From: Vicugna vicugna
Taxonomy: Eukaryota
Assembly (NCBI GenBank): GCA_013265495.1
Contig: MU058451.1
Coordinates: forward strand, 1,526,167 to 1,590,166
Direction: 5' to 3'
DNA length: 64,000 bases
The notes below the pieces were generated by a model. That model made no database searches. It worked only from the letters and a program-made list of their open reading frames with translations, and was not told where the DNA came from. Below, piece after piece: positions 24,601 through 37,637 of this stretch. Each line of letters opens with the position of its first letter. The stretch's first letter is position 1. A program made the position numbers and the translations under genes.

Positions 24601-27600
24601 GAGCTTGAGTCTGGCCCCAACCTCTACTTCTACCAGGCCAAATACTCCTCTAGATAATTATCTCCCTGAGCATACACAATTCTGAGAAGGATGTGGACTT
24701 TATCTCATTCTTTATTATTCTTAGTGCCATCCTTTGTTTTTCTAGGCCACAGAAAGAAAATTCTGAAGTTACATCAAATATGTGAATCAAAATATTAAGT
24801 AGTCTGTATTATTTATTTTTTTCTTTTGAGAAACACTGCCCAGAAAGATCTCTACTACACAGTCAGACGTGGGAAAATGTGTACTGAATGCGTGTCTGCA
24901 CAACCAAGTAACTAAGGGAGACCCTGCACTACGGTGCTGGCGAAGGCTCTGCACAGACCTGGAGTTGGGATGTACTTCTGCCTGCATCCGCCAGGATGCT
25001 CACGGCTAGAGCAGGCTCTCTGGGGAAGGGAACGCTTGTGTCTGCAAGGGCATCCTGCCTCTTGACTGGCTTAGAGGTGGCAGCTGAATGTGGCAGATGC
25101 CCTCTGCATGAGCCACTCTTCCCCACTTGAATTTCTGGAGGGTCAGTGAGAAATTTGAGGGCAGAGATGAGGTCTTAATCCTTCACTCCATGTCTGCCTA
25201 ACCTTTGACCCCACCCCAACCCCAAAGCAGCACACACCATTATCATTATGACATCATGCTACATACTTCTTTGTTTACTACTCAGCTTCATGACTCATTT
25301 ATAATCATGTCAGGACTGGATGTTGGACTGTTTTGTTCACCACTGTTTCCTCAGGACCTGCATCAGTGTCTGGCATTTAGTAGACTCTGGATAAGTATTT
25401 GCCAAGTGAATGCATTTTGCCTCCCCTGACCTCTCACTGCCTGCCCTCCCCCTCCCCCCAGGCACCAAATAAATGTTGAATGAATGAGTGAATTTTATGG
25501 TAGTCTCCTTTCCCCTTCACTAAGGAGGCTACAAATCCTTATTGGTATTAATGCCCCAAGTGATCAACACACAGAAAATACAAGAATAAATTACTTACAA
25601 GTAAATTCATGAGGACAATTGGGACGAAAATGGTGAAAAAAATTAGTTGTGCAAAGGACAGAATTGGATATGCCAGTTTATTTCTCAAAAACGGTTCTAG
25701 GAAGGCATCACGATAGCTGATATCTCCTAGCATCATGCTGAAGGTCTGCATTACAGAAAGCAGCGGAGAGCTGAAAGCATCCTGAGAAAAGACAGTCAGG
25801 TGAAGGTGAAATGCAAAATGTGTATAATAAAGAAATGTTTCCTGGAGAGGGAAATGATAAAAATCCTTTTTAAAATATATTTTTTAAGACAAAAGACTAT
25901 AGCTACTGAAATACAGTAGTACGAACTGCTAATAAACTGGTAAAGTTATCAAAAAGAACTTTTCTGCACATGTAACAAATCATCAGGCACTAGACATAAA
26001 CAGTGGAAAAAGCCCTTGAGTAAGACTAGACTTTTTTCTGTAATAGAAATCATGTAGATGCTATTATATCATCAGATAAAATATTCAAATAGTTATGTTA
26101 TTATGAATTGTCTATACCATTAAGATTTCTGTGTAACTATATTTTCCCAGTATTCATAGCAACAAAATCAACTACTCATGCAAATGCCTCACCTGTACAC
26201 TCAAGAGGACATAAAAGCTGAGTCCAAAAGCCACAAAAAGGAAGGCAAACACGACTGTAGATTTCAACAGAGTTTTCATGATTACCTCCAACATCACGAT
26301 AAAAATGCCACATTTTTCAAATCTAGGAATATTTTAAAAATTAAAATATTTATTCACTTTTCTCTTCAAATTGTCTTTCACTCGGTGTCGGTATTTATCA
26401 CGCACAAGGTAATAAATGTGAGACAATTACTTTCTCAGTTACTTTCCGAAAGAGGCATGAGAATTCATGAGTAGTCAAGTCTTTATTTTCAAGCTGGTTG
26501 TCAAATTGCTGTTTCTTTTTTTTTTCCTTTATATGGAGGTTATCTTTAATGGTTTTACCACTTGACCATTAGACATTACTTCAGCTGAAATAGGAGAGGG
26601 AAAATCCTAGCTTCCCAATGTCAAAGCTAACGCTACCAAAGGCTTGATGAAGGGTGTCAAGTGAGGTTGTGTGACGCATCAGGGGAGGATGGATTTGATG
26701 AGCTCATGTCTCCGAAGGCATCTGTTCCAGGGCACAGTCTCTGATTTACATGGCCCTCCCCAGTGCTTTCTGAGGTTTCTCCTTTGCCCCCCAGCCGCGG
26801 ACATTGTGAAATGTTTAGGTAGATAGTAGGTGTGTCACTGCCACAAACCTGTGCTTTTCCTTTGGCAAAGACAACTTGTTAAATGGAGGAAATGACATGA
26901 TTTTAAAGCTGAAAATGAACTTCAGATTTCTCAGAAACTAAGTTCCCAGAGATGCCGATTAACTCACTAAGCTCACAGAGCCAAGGGAGTGGCAGTGCCT
27001 GAACCCATCTTGAAGCCTCTTGCCCTCCAAGCCACCGCACTTCCCACCATCCCAGGTCCTTTCCTAGGGGCTGGGCGCATCGCTGCAGCGTAGTGCTCGT
27101 GATGCAGCATTGCAGACTGCACTGGGGGAGAAGATGGCCCTGGGAGATGGGAAGACCTCGGTAAGTTGCCTACATCTTGAGTTACGAGCTGAGATCTTCA
27201 GCCAGTCAATCAACTCAGGGCCTCAGCTTCTTTTGTACACCACGAGGAATAATATTTAGCCCTTACAATTGTAAAGATTATGCAAAATAACATTTCACTT
27301 GAGTTAGCGATTGCGGGAGGTAGTGGAGCTTAGTCCTTTTTACCCCCTCTAGGATTAGATTCTTCGGACTTACTTTTTCTCTTGTGTCATTATTCTTTCC
27401 GTCACTGTCACTTCATTTTGAGGCCTTTATTCTGAAGTACATGCTTACCAAACTACTTGGTAAAACAAGAGTAGCCTGTGCTTTCTTTCCCACTTACTCT
27501 CAACACTTAATCTAGATTTGTCTAGACAAGTGGCCCTTGACCCAGGGTGATTTTGTGGTCCAGAGGATATTTGGCAATATCAGTGGACACATTTTTTGTT

Positions 27601-30600
27601 GTCACCACTGGTATCTCATGGGCAGAGGTCAGGGATGCTGCTGAACATTCTACACTGCACAGGACAGCCTCCAACAACACACAATTCTCTGACCCCAAAT
27701 TTCCACAGTGCCAAGGTTGAGAAACCCTGGTCTACACTTTGAACCCCAAACCTCCCTCCCCTTTTCCTTAATAGACTATAAAAGATATCTCCAGTCTAAA
27801 ACAATTGGCAAAGAAATAAGCCACTTATAAATTTATGGTACTTTTATGAATTATTGTTTTGATATTAAACCTGCCTAAAGGATGTAGAAGCCATTCAAGC
27901 TGGTTTTACCTCTGAAGATAGAATAAGAAGTTGATCCAGTAGAAGTGTACGGCGATGGCTCCACATTGCCACTGCACATAGGCTGGTATATCAATGAACA
28001 GGGGTGACACAAAAATGATGCTTGTTGTGTAGATAACCCATTCAAGTGCATTCTTATTATCCAAAAAGTAATTCCTTTTCTGGGTTGAAAAGAATGAAGA
28101 ATTACCACATGTAAAGACAGAGACCTGGTATCTTATAGACGGTTTTATATAGATGCAGCCAGTAACAATAGTTGTCTGGCATTGCAGCTGGAGAGAGGTT
28201 TAGGACGAAGGAGCCAGCTCCTGTCATCCTGGACGTAACTCAGAGCCTTGGGCACAGATCAGTGTTAGGATGCCCCAGCCTCTTCTGTGCACCTGGCACT
28301 TTGGGTGTCTGATGCCTAAAGAAATTCTACAAGTTTCTAGGCTTTCTCCAGAGTTCACTCCATCTTAACTCCTGGGGGGCTGCAAAATTGGTTCAGTAAT
28401 TCCCCTCTGCCTATATAAGGACATGCAGGTGAACTTCTCAGGATATAAATGAACTAAAGCTGTATCTATGGAGATTTGGGAACCTGTCCTAAGACCTTAA
28501 TTACCACGATGATTTGGTGTCATTTCCTAGTCTTAAATATTTCATGTTTTGGACATCAACTTTCCTGTAGAGTAAACCACTTAAATCTCAGTAAGAAAAT
28601 GGTGAGACTAAGTCCAATAGAGAAATAATATATAACTTTATAGTTCAACATAGACTATAATCTGTAACTCTCATCCTTAAAAAATAAAAATAATGACAAG
28701 AGAGATTAAATACTATGCCTTAAACCATTTAAGGTACAATAGAACAATGTAGTTGAACTCCCAGAATTGTGACAATTTACTAACAGTATATATAGATGTA
28801 TAAGTACTTGCAATGTCTAATATGAAACAAGTGCAAAACACTGTCATATCATCAACATTCTCTAAATATCCTTGTGTTCAAATCATGTAAGAAAGTAAGC
28901 GAGGTGTTGTGTAAAAGGTATATAACTTATCAAAAATAATATTCACAGAAAATATACCAAAAAGTGAATAATAAAAAAGACTTTAAACCTCCACACTGAG
29001 AAGTAAAGGATTGATGCCATTTATCAACCAAAACAAGTACCTGCAGATAATTTAAATAATTCTGGGGTCTGATCTGAACTTGCTTCATGCATTTAAAAAC
29101 ACAGAGTATAAAGAAAAATTGTGCTGTAAAAAGTTTCCCACCTTTATTATAATGGGAAATTTTATCCAATAAAAAAACATTCCTGTTAGGAAAGGAATTC
29201 AAAGAAAGACCCATTTGAAATAGAGTCTTGGGCCAACTATGGTCTTTATCAACAGTTACATTCAAAATTATCAAATTTAAAACCTAACAATTGTGTTACC
29301 AAAATATTAAACCAATATCAGAGAAAACACAGCAAAGTAGTAAGTTCATCTGTAGCTAGGCAGACCCACATGGACTAGTAGAACTGGAGCATCTTTGCTT
29401 CAGGTGAGTCAGGCAATTAATTTATGTCCTGCGTATTAAAATCGTTGCAACTTTAGATACACAAAATGTATCGTGTACCTGCTGAAAAATTTGAGCCACT
29501 TCTTTGCAATATCCAAATATACTTGATAGTAAAACCAAAATCATGCAAACTTTTATAGTATATGAATTCTGAAACATAAAAGTGAAAGACAGTTATGAGG
29601 GATATAAAATAGAACGACGTTTAGTCTTCATTGTAATCTCCACTATTAAATATTTCTATTGTTTTTCTTCTTCACTGCAAGTACTGTTCATTTTGGCTTT
29701 ACACAGAAAATGACTGTGATGTCAACATGACACATACTCATTTCATAATGTCCTTATTAAGAGAGGTTCAAAAACTGCCAATTGAATTCTAAAGGAATAA
29801 GAATCTGTAGACCTATGTAATTTTTTTTTTTTACTGTGGTAAAATACATATAACCTAAAATTTACCATTTAAAAAATTTCACATTTTACACGTGCATTTA
29901 CATTTTAAAATCTTTAATTCTGTGGCATTAAGCATATTCACAATGTTACGCAGCCATCACTACTGTCTAGTTCTGTAACTTTTTCCTCACCCCCAAATGG
30001 AAGCCTCTCCCCACTGAGCCCTTTCCCCACAACTCTGGCAGCCAGAAATCTACTTTCTTGTCAACCTGTTTTAAAGTTTTATCCTTCAGCATTCAAGCTA
30101 GCTTCTCCTACATGTCAATTCAACTATACTTCAACTTTTAAAATATTTTTTTAAAAAATCACCAAAATTGATGCAGAAATTCACTCGGTTATTAAATATT
30201 TGCAACAAAGAAAAATTTTAAATTTGTTTACAAACTCATTTATTGACTTATATATTAATATTCCCCTTCATTCCACAAAAGACTTTAGGAGAAATTGGTA
30301 CCATACATGATTTCTATAGGCTATTTATAATAATAATCAAAGTCTCAATATTTCAATTTTATTACGAAGTTAATATTCTTAAGGGAAAAAAGCACTTTGA
30401 TAATCCTTTATTTTAAAAAGATGAAATATAAAAACCAATTGAAAATACCTTGGTGTCTAATATTTCTGAATGATCGCTAGTTTCATTGATGATGCCAGTT
30501 GAATTGAAAGCCATACCTGGTCTTATATTGACAACTAGAAAGGTCATAGGCAAGAGCCCAAGGCAGTAAGATCCTAGGTTCATAACGTGGGCTCTAAACC

Positions 30601-33600
30601 CGTAAGCCAACCTATGAAAAATAAGCAAAGCATAATTAAGTAATTTTAATGAGAAACATTTACTCAAGGTACCTGCAGAAACAATAGTTATAACCTCTCT
30701 CAGAAATCTGCCTGTTAAATTCACTAAACTTTAAAATCAAGAAAATCTTGGTATTCACCTTTTTCTTTTCCAGAAAAGGAATGGCAGCTTCCCAGGAAAT
30801 CATAACTTACTTAAAATCTCTCACCAATTAATGTAAGAGACTTTAGCTCATAGCTTCTGACTCCAAGTTGAATGTTCCTCCCAGGAACACACTTGTCACT
30901 TCCCTGTCCACTAAACTCCTCGTGTTTTATATAACAATTTCCCCACCCACCAAATATTTCATTTAATGCCAAAGATAAATAATAGCAACATTTTTAATAC
31001 CAAATTTTGCCTTTGACAAGTTTCTTCTTCAAAGTCTAAAACATTAATTAATAAAATATTAAATACTAAAATACCATTAAAGCATAATTATTTAAAGATT
31101 TTAAAATAAATTTAATGAGAGCATCATTAAAAAGAAGTACTTCTTAATACCCACCATTTCATAAGTAAATATTCTTTACACACAGGATGGTTGAGCAGCT
31201 CTGTGCGGTTATGTTGAACCATTACCTGAGAAATAAGAAAAGCTAAATAAAAGTACAACCTCATTAAACTACTGAGTATAAACTAAGCTTTTTGTTTGGA
31301 CCCATCAGAGCTTATAACTTTATTTTGATACTATAAAAGCAACACCTGTTTACTTTAGAAAATTTGAAAAATCAAAAATTATATCAAGAATATGTATTTA
31401 TTAAAACATAAGATAGAGATAACCATTATACAGATGCAGATATTTGATTGTTCATCTCTTTCAATTTCTCACTAGTTGAGATAGCATAAGCTTTTTAAAT
31501 CTTATACGAAGTTATAACTCAAAAGGACATTAAAGACAAATAAACAATAACTACACCCTTGTTCTTTCCTTAAAGAATCTCAGGCTCATCTTTCTAGAAG
31601 GAGTTTAAATAGCAGAATACACACAATTCAGAGTTAAATTAGCCTACAGATTGTAAATTTTCATGAGTTATTGGAAAGTACCATTATCTATTTCAAAATT
31701 CATTTTTAATTTTTCAAGAAATACATAGAGGAAGTGAAGTCAACAAGAAGTGGACTAGGAGGCCCCAGATCTTCCTTCGCCCCATAGAGACAGAAGGCGT
31801 CAACATGACAGCAATACAAGGACCAGCTGCCTTTGTGAGAAGTCTAGAAGCCAGTTAAGAGGTGCTTGCACCCCGGGTGAGCCTGTAGCCAAGAAGAACC
31901 ACATCAAAGACAGTAAGAAAATTCATGGCATTTACTCGCTGTAACTTGTCCCCCAGCACAGAGCAGTGAGATCAAGAGAAAACTTCCAACTCCTGGCTTC
32001 TCTGAGGAGGGAGAGAGTGGAACACATGTCCAATGTCCTCTAACTTTTTGGGGAACTGCCTGAAGGGACTGATTTCTGTCTTGCTTGAATCTAAACCCTG
32101 ACAGATCCAGAGAGGCTTTCAGACTTCTGTGCACAATAATTTCTTAGACCAGACTAGCCATCGCTCCAGAAGAACCCCACTCTGCTCTCTTAAAACTAAG
32201 GCCAGGTTTGCTATATTAAGACAGATGTTGTGAAGGCGCTGTTCAGTCGCGTGCTGATAGGGCACTCAGTGAGTGTGATGTATTTATTCAAGCGAGCCCG
32301 TTTCATATATTATGTCACATCAAATCATAGATTATTAGTCTATAGCATATAGAGTCTATTTCTTTTTAAAAGCTACAAAGATTTTATTTCTTCCTGTTTT
32401 CATTCTGGCGGTAGAGATCGTGAACTCTTTCTGATGGAAGTATGACCTATTCTGTAAATTACAATGACGAAAACCCCACATACTTACACAAAAATTCTCT
32501 TAGTGTAACTGTAGCGTAGTTACTCTTAGGTCACTTAGCTATTGAATCTGAACTGTAATAACAACTGAAAAACCTAACATTCTCCAGCAGAGCTAGGATG
32601 CTTTGCATACAGCAGACGTGAGAGTCTATTGCCATTGCCAGCCTATGGGCATAAAATCCACCTAACTTCTTTCATACTCCAAGCACTTTAGATTTCACTT
32701 TACGTGATGGTTGGTCCTATGGTCTGTACCAAAGGCTTCCATGTAGGGAAGTGAATTCATTTAAGGTGAATGAAAATTCTTAATTGGTCTAGACCAGTGC
32801 TGTCCGATGGAATTTTCTCCAGTGATGGAAATGTCCTCTATCTGTGCTATTCAATATGAGAGCCACAAACCACATAGGCTCCTGAGTGCTTGAAATGTGG
32901 CTCTTGCAAATAAAAGAAATGGATTTTTAACTTTATTTAATTTTAATTAATTTTGATGTAAGAGGTCACCTGTGGCTCAGGTATCATATTAGACAGAGCA
33001 GATCTAGATCATAGACCACAGCTTGCAAATCCAACCTTCAAGTATGTTTTCTTTTGCATGCACGTGATTTTATGTATTGCCAATATTTACACAGGCCTGG
33101 GCTGCTGTTCCACATGGCAAAGCTTTGTTGAAATGTGTAGCTGCTGTCCTCTTAGAGCCCACTTGTCTGGTACCTATTTCTTCTGCAGTTTTTTGAGTTT
33201 GAGGCCCTCAGTTTAGACTAAAGTTGGTCATTTCCATGGCTTTCACTGCCTCATCTGCTAGAAATGTAAAAGCATTCTTAAAGAGCTGGTTTGGTGCAAG
33301 TCTCTTGGGAAATTTGGGTCCAAGCTGTGCGTTCAAGGCCTGTTTTCAGATTGAGTTCATGCTTCCAGAAGGATCTAAGAGCTTCTGAAAGGTCAGAGTT
33401 TAATGTGGAGCTCAGTGCTTGCTGGAACTTAGAAGTTATGACTGTACCATGTCACCCCCTGCATTTTCCTGTGGTTTAGACTGTTGGAAACTCTACAACA
33501 TGGATACTTAATTTAGGGGGTGGAGGTGGGAGCACACACTGATGATTAGCCTGTGTTGTCCATGGTATATGGGATTCTGGGTTGGGCAAGTTTTGCAATG

Positions 33601-36600
33601 ACTATTAGTTAGGATTAAAGTGATCAAAAGTGTGGGACTTTAAGGGACCAAATGATAGCAATTGTAGAAAATGACTGCTTTCTTTATTAAAAAATAAAGA
33701 GGTAGGCTACATGGCAGACACAGACATCAAACTGTAAATCTGGAATTCTTTCCAAGCTCCTTCCTGGAACAATTGTACCAAAACATGACAAAACCCACAG
33801 AGAGACTACTTGGATGAGGAAAACACTCAACTTACATTGAGGGTTTTCAGAGGTTCGTACGTAACGTCCTGTATAGGTGTTACCTTTTTGGTGAATTCTA
33901 ACGGACATTGAAGATACCTGAAATTATACTCAATCTGTAGGAGATAAAATTAAAAAAAAAAATTACAGTCTAGTGTAAGCCCCAAAAGTAGTTCTTCACA
34001 AATCAAATATGCAAGCTTGTAATTCTGCTGAAAATCAAATGTTTCAAATAAAGTCGGGTCATTTCATTGGAAGAAAAGTAAATTAAGTTATTCTGTATTA
34101 GTTTCAAAAAATAAATGTCCTAGAAGGCTGTTATTTGATTGCTTTATAACTTACAGTTGTGGGGAAAAAAATGAATTCTCAAAAGACCACTTAGATCTTT
34201 AAGAATTTCATTCTTCAGGCAATATGACCCAAGATAATATAAAGACTAGAAACACTCCAAAGTAATGCTATTAGGAACAATTAAAATACTGGGAGAAAAC
34301 TGAGGATCTAAGGAAAAATTTCCTCACAAGTAGAAAATAATCTGAAAATGAAGACAGTTATCATCTTCTGAGATTGTAGAACTTTAATAACATTATTTTT
34401 AATATTTCTTAAATAATTATAATAAACTAAGTTTTTACAATAAAATAAACTTACGTGGTAGTCGTGGGAGGACTTGTCTTCTGTGGAAGGTATCATGCAG
34501 AAATCTAAAAGTACCTTTGAGAGAGGAAAACCAGCTAAGCTACTGGGCAGGAGACTAGATATGAGATGAGGTTTGATTCCATTTCTAAACTGCCACCTGA
34601 GATATTCCCTTCCCCTTCCTTTGCTTCTTGCACCTCAAAGATAAACTATAATTTAAGTCATTCAGGAACAAAGTCTAAAATACGAAGTGTTACAAGTACC
34701 ACTGCATTCCTTAGAAATACCAAGTGATTCAGAAAAATATCATGCACTTGAGAATGAAATTACATTTACAAAAATGTGGGTAAGAAATAATCCGTTGGTT
34801 TTGCCTAAGACTTGATGTCTTCCTGGGCTTCTAGAAAATATATTAGATGATTAAGGCTTCCTTTGCTCAGCATCTTCTAGTGATAACTTATCGTTCCTGA
34901 TCGAGACCTTTCGGCTGAGCACTGGGGTCTTCCCGTGGTCTAGGTCTCATCTCCTGAGTCACTTGAGCTTGGAGTACCATATTTGCTTCCGTACCTCACT
35001 TACAGAGCAACGTGGGCCAAGTATCCATCCAGAGTGGTATGGACAGGATAGTGGCCAGAGGTGTGATAAAGAGAAACAGTTAAGGTCCTCTAGATGCTCG
35101 AAAAGGGAGAAAACAGTTTAAGAATTAAGCATTAGACCTGTCCCTAGGCTGTGGGGACAAACATTTTTGTGTGGTCTCTGTCTACAGGGAAATGATTTGA
35201 GTCACCCCAAATCTGTGTGTTGGGACCTTTCTGGTGGCTCAAATTCACAATCCTAAGAAAGCTTGCTCAGTCAGACTGCCCTCCTGGAATTGGATGTGGA
35301 CACAGGGCCCAGATGACTGCATCAATATGTCCCTTGGAGTTCCTGGGGCATCTGGTTGACCCCATCTGCAGGACAAGGGTAGAGGGTTGGAGAGCACCCT
35401 GAAGATGAGAAACAGGGAACTGGGCCTTACTGGGAGGGCTGTCCATCCTGGCTGGTCTCAAGCACCAGAACAGAGGGACTTAAAAATTTCAAGGAAGTCT
35501 CTGCTGGTGACCAGGAGGCAGTACTGGGGATCATAAAAGGCATCATGAAAAATAAAGGCAAGACTAGTCAGCAGTGCTGTGCAAGGCAGAAGCAGAGAGG
35601 CAGGTCTGGCTGTGACAGTCCGAGAGCTTTGTCATAAGCAGCTCAGGCAAAGTGAGGCTGGGCTGCCTGGGGAGGGGGGAGTGGAGGAGGGATGGTGTAA
35701 GTTATTCAAATGTGTGGTGTGAGGCTGAACTGAAAGACTTTTAATTTCCTCTACTTAGAAACATACTCACAACACTAAAATAAGACCAAGTCATTACAGA
35801 AAACTAACTAGAAAGCACATAGTAACATAGAAAAAAAGAAAAACCAACTGTAATCCCACAAACTGTGCTCATGATTAGTATTTGGGTATAATTTCTTTTC
35901 TATGTTTTCCATATGTGAACATTTCTACCATACATTTTTCACTATGATTAATAAAGCTGCAGGAAACATCATTACATGTAAAGCTGTCTGTACCTCTGGT
36001 TTATTCATTAGGACAGATTCCAACAACTGGAATTACTGAGTGAGAAAATCTGAGGTTATTTTCAATCCTGAATATTTATGTGCCCTTGGATGAGCTTTAT
36101 GCATCTAAAATGCTAATCTAGGAACTGGACTGGCTCCAATTTCCATTAGACATCCTTCAGAAAAGTGCCCAAGAAGCACTTAGCACACACTAAGTGCTTA
36201 CTAAATAAATAAAAGTAGTGTTAGTAGTAGTGCTAATAACCACATAAGCAGTGTAAAAAGAGTAGGATCTATACCTTCCTGAACAGTTTTTACATTTTAC
36301 CTCTAAATTTTGTAATCACTTCATCACTTCAAAAGATCAATATCAGCATCACTGTTTTAGAGATTTAGAAAATAAATAATGACGCTCAGAGACGTGAAAT
36401 GACCCACCGAAAGCAGCAGAACAAGAGGCAGAGCCAGGACTAAACCCTGGAGCCACCTGGCTCCAGATCTGGCCCTCTATCCCCTGTCTCACTGCCTCTT
36501 CCAGTATTTGAATATGCTTTTCTCTTCAAATGGCATTTGAAGTCATTTTTTTTTCTTGATTATTCTACCTCTGTCCCAATCCCAACTTTCCCAGGAGGTC

Positions 36601-37594
36601 TTTTATCCGCATCCTGCAACACTCACGAGCCCCACAGTTCATGCATATTTGACTTGGAGCTGGTGTCCAGCCTGCCAGGTGTTATGTTTAATCCAGCACA
36701 GAGTCACACGTGCAAAGGCCCACAGAGGCCAGGCACGTACTGGAAGTGAGTGAACTGTGCCAGCCTAAGAAATCTTTCCTACTGTTCTTGAAATGTGGGC
36801 TCTCTCTGTGCTGCCTTTAATCTTCACGGGTTGGGTAGAGGCACATGCAGAAAAATCTATGGGTTGGGTAGAGGCACGTGCAGAGAACTACGAGGAAAAC
36901 AACTGCACAAGAATGAGAATACATGGCAACCAATGCTCGATATGAGAACTGAGTATCCAAAAGGAAGAGGTGGGGTGTGTCAAATGGAGTGCACCTGCCC
37001 CTGGTAAAGGAAGCCCCTGCTACTCAGCCCAGTGATTCCTGCCTTGTGAGGAGGTAGCCCAGTCACTAGACCTTCTGATTTCCATATAAAGCCAGATACT
37101 GGATAAGGAAAGCATCCTGGTTTTAAATATTAGCAACTAAAGCAAACTTGAAACAATAACATGCATGCCCCAAAAAACTACATCTAGAGGCATTAATCAG
37201 CCAGCAACCAGCACTAGTGGTCTCTGCTCTAGATGTGGATTGTTTAAACACAAAATCTAACATATTTTCCTACATTGCACATAACAACTAATAGGATTTT
37301 TTTAGTCCCAGTAGGTCCTTCTCAAACATTGGTTGGCTAAATTCCCTTAGAACCTATATAAAACTAGAAACTTAACTTCACTTTTAAGATGGAAATTACT
37401 ATGATTTAGGTTGTAATTACAGCAGTAAATCCTTACATTTTTATTATATGCCAAGCATATACCCAGAAGGAGTTTTGCTTTGAGAACTTACCTTCATGCA
37501 TTCAGGGAGGTATTCTACCATTTCCAAGACTGGACATTTATTGCTTGGAGAATAATGACTAAAAACCATAAAACATTCTTCCCATCTGCAAAGA

Positions 37595-37637
<43 letters not shown>

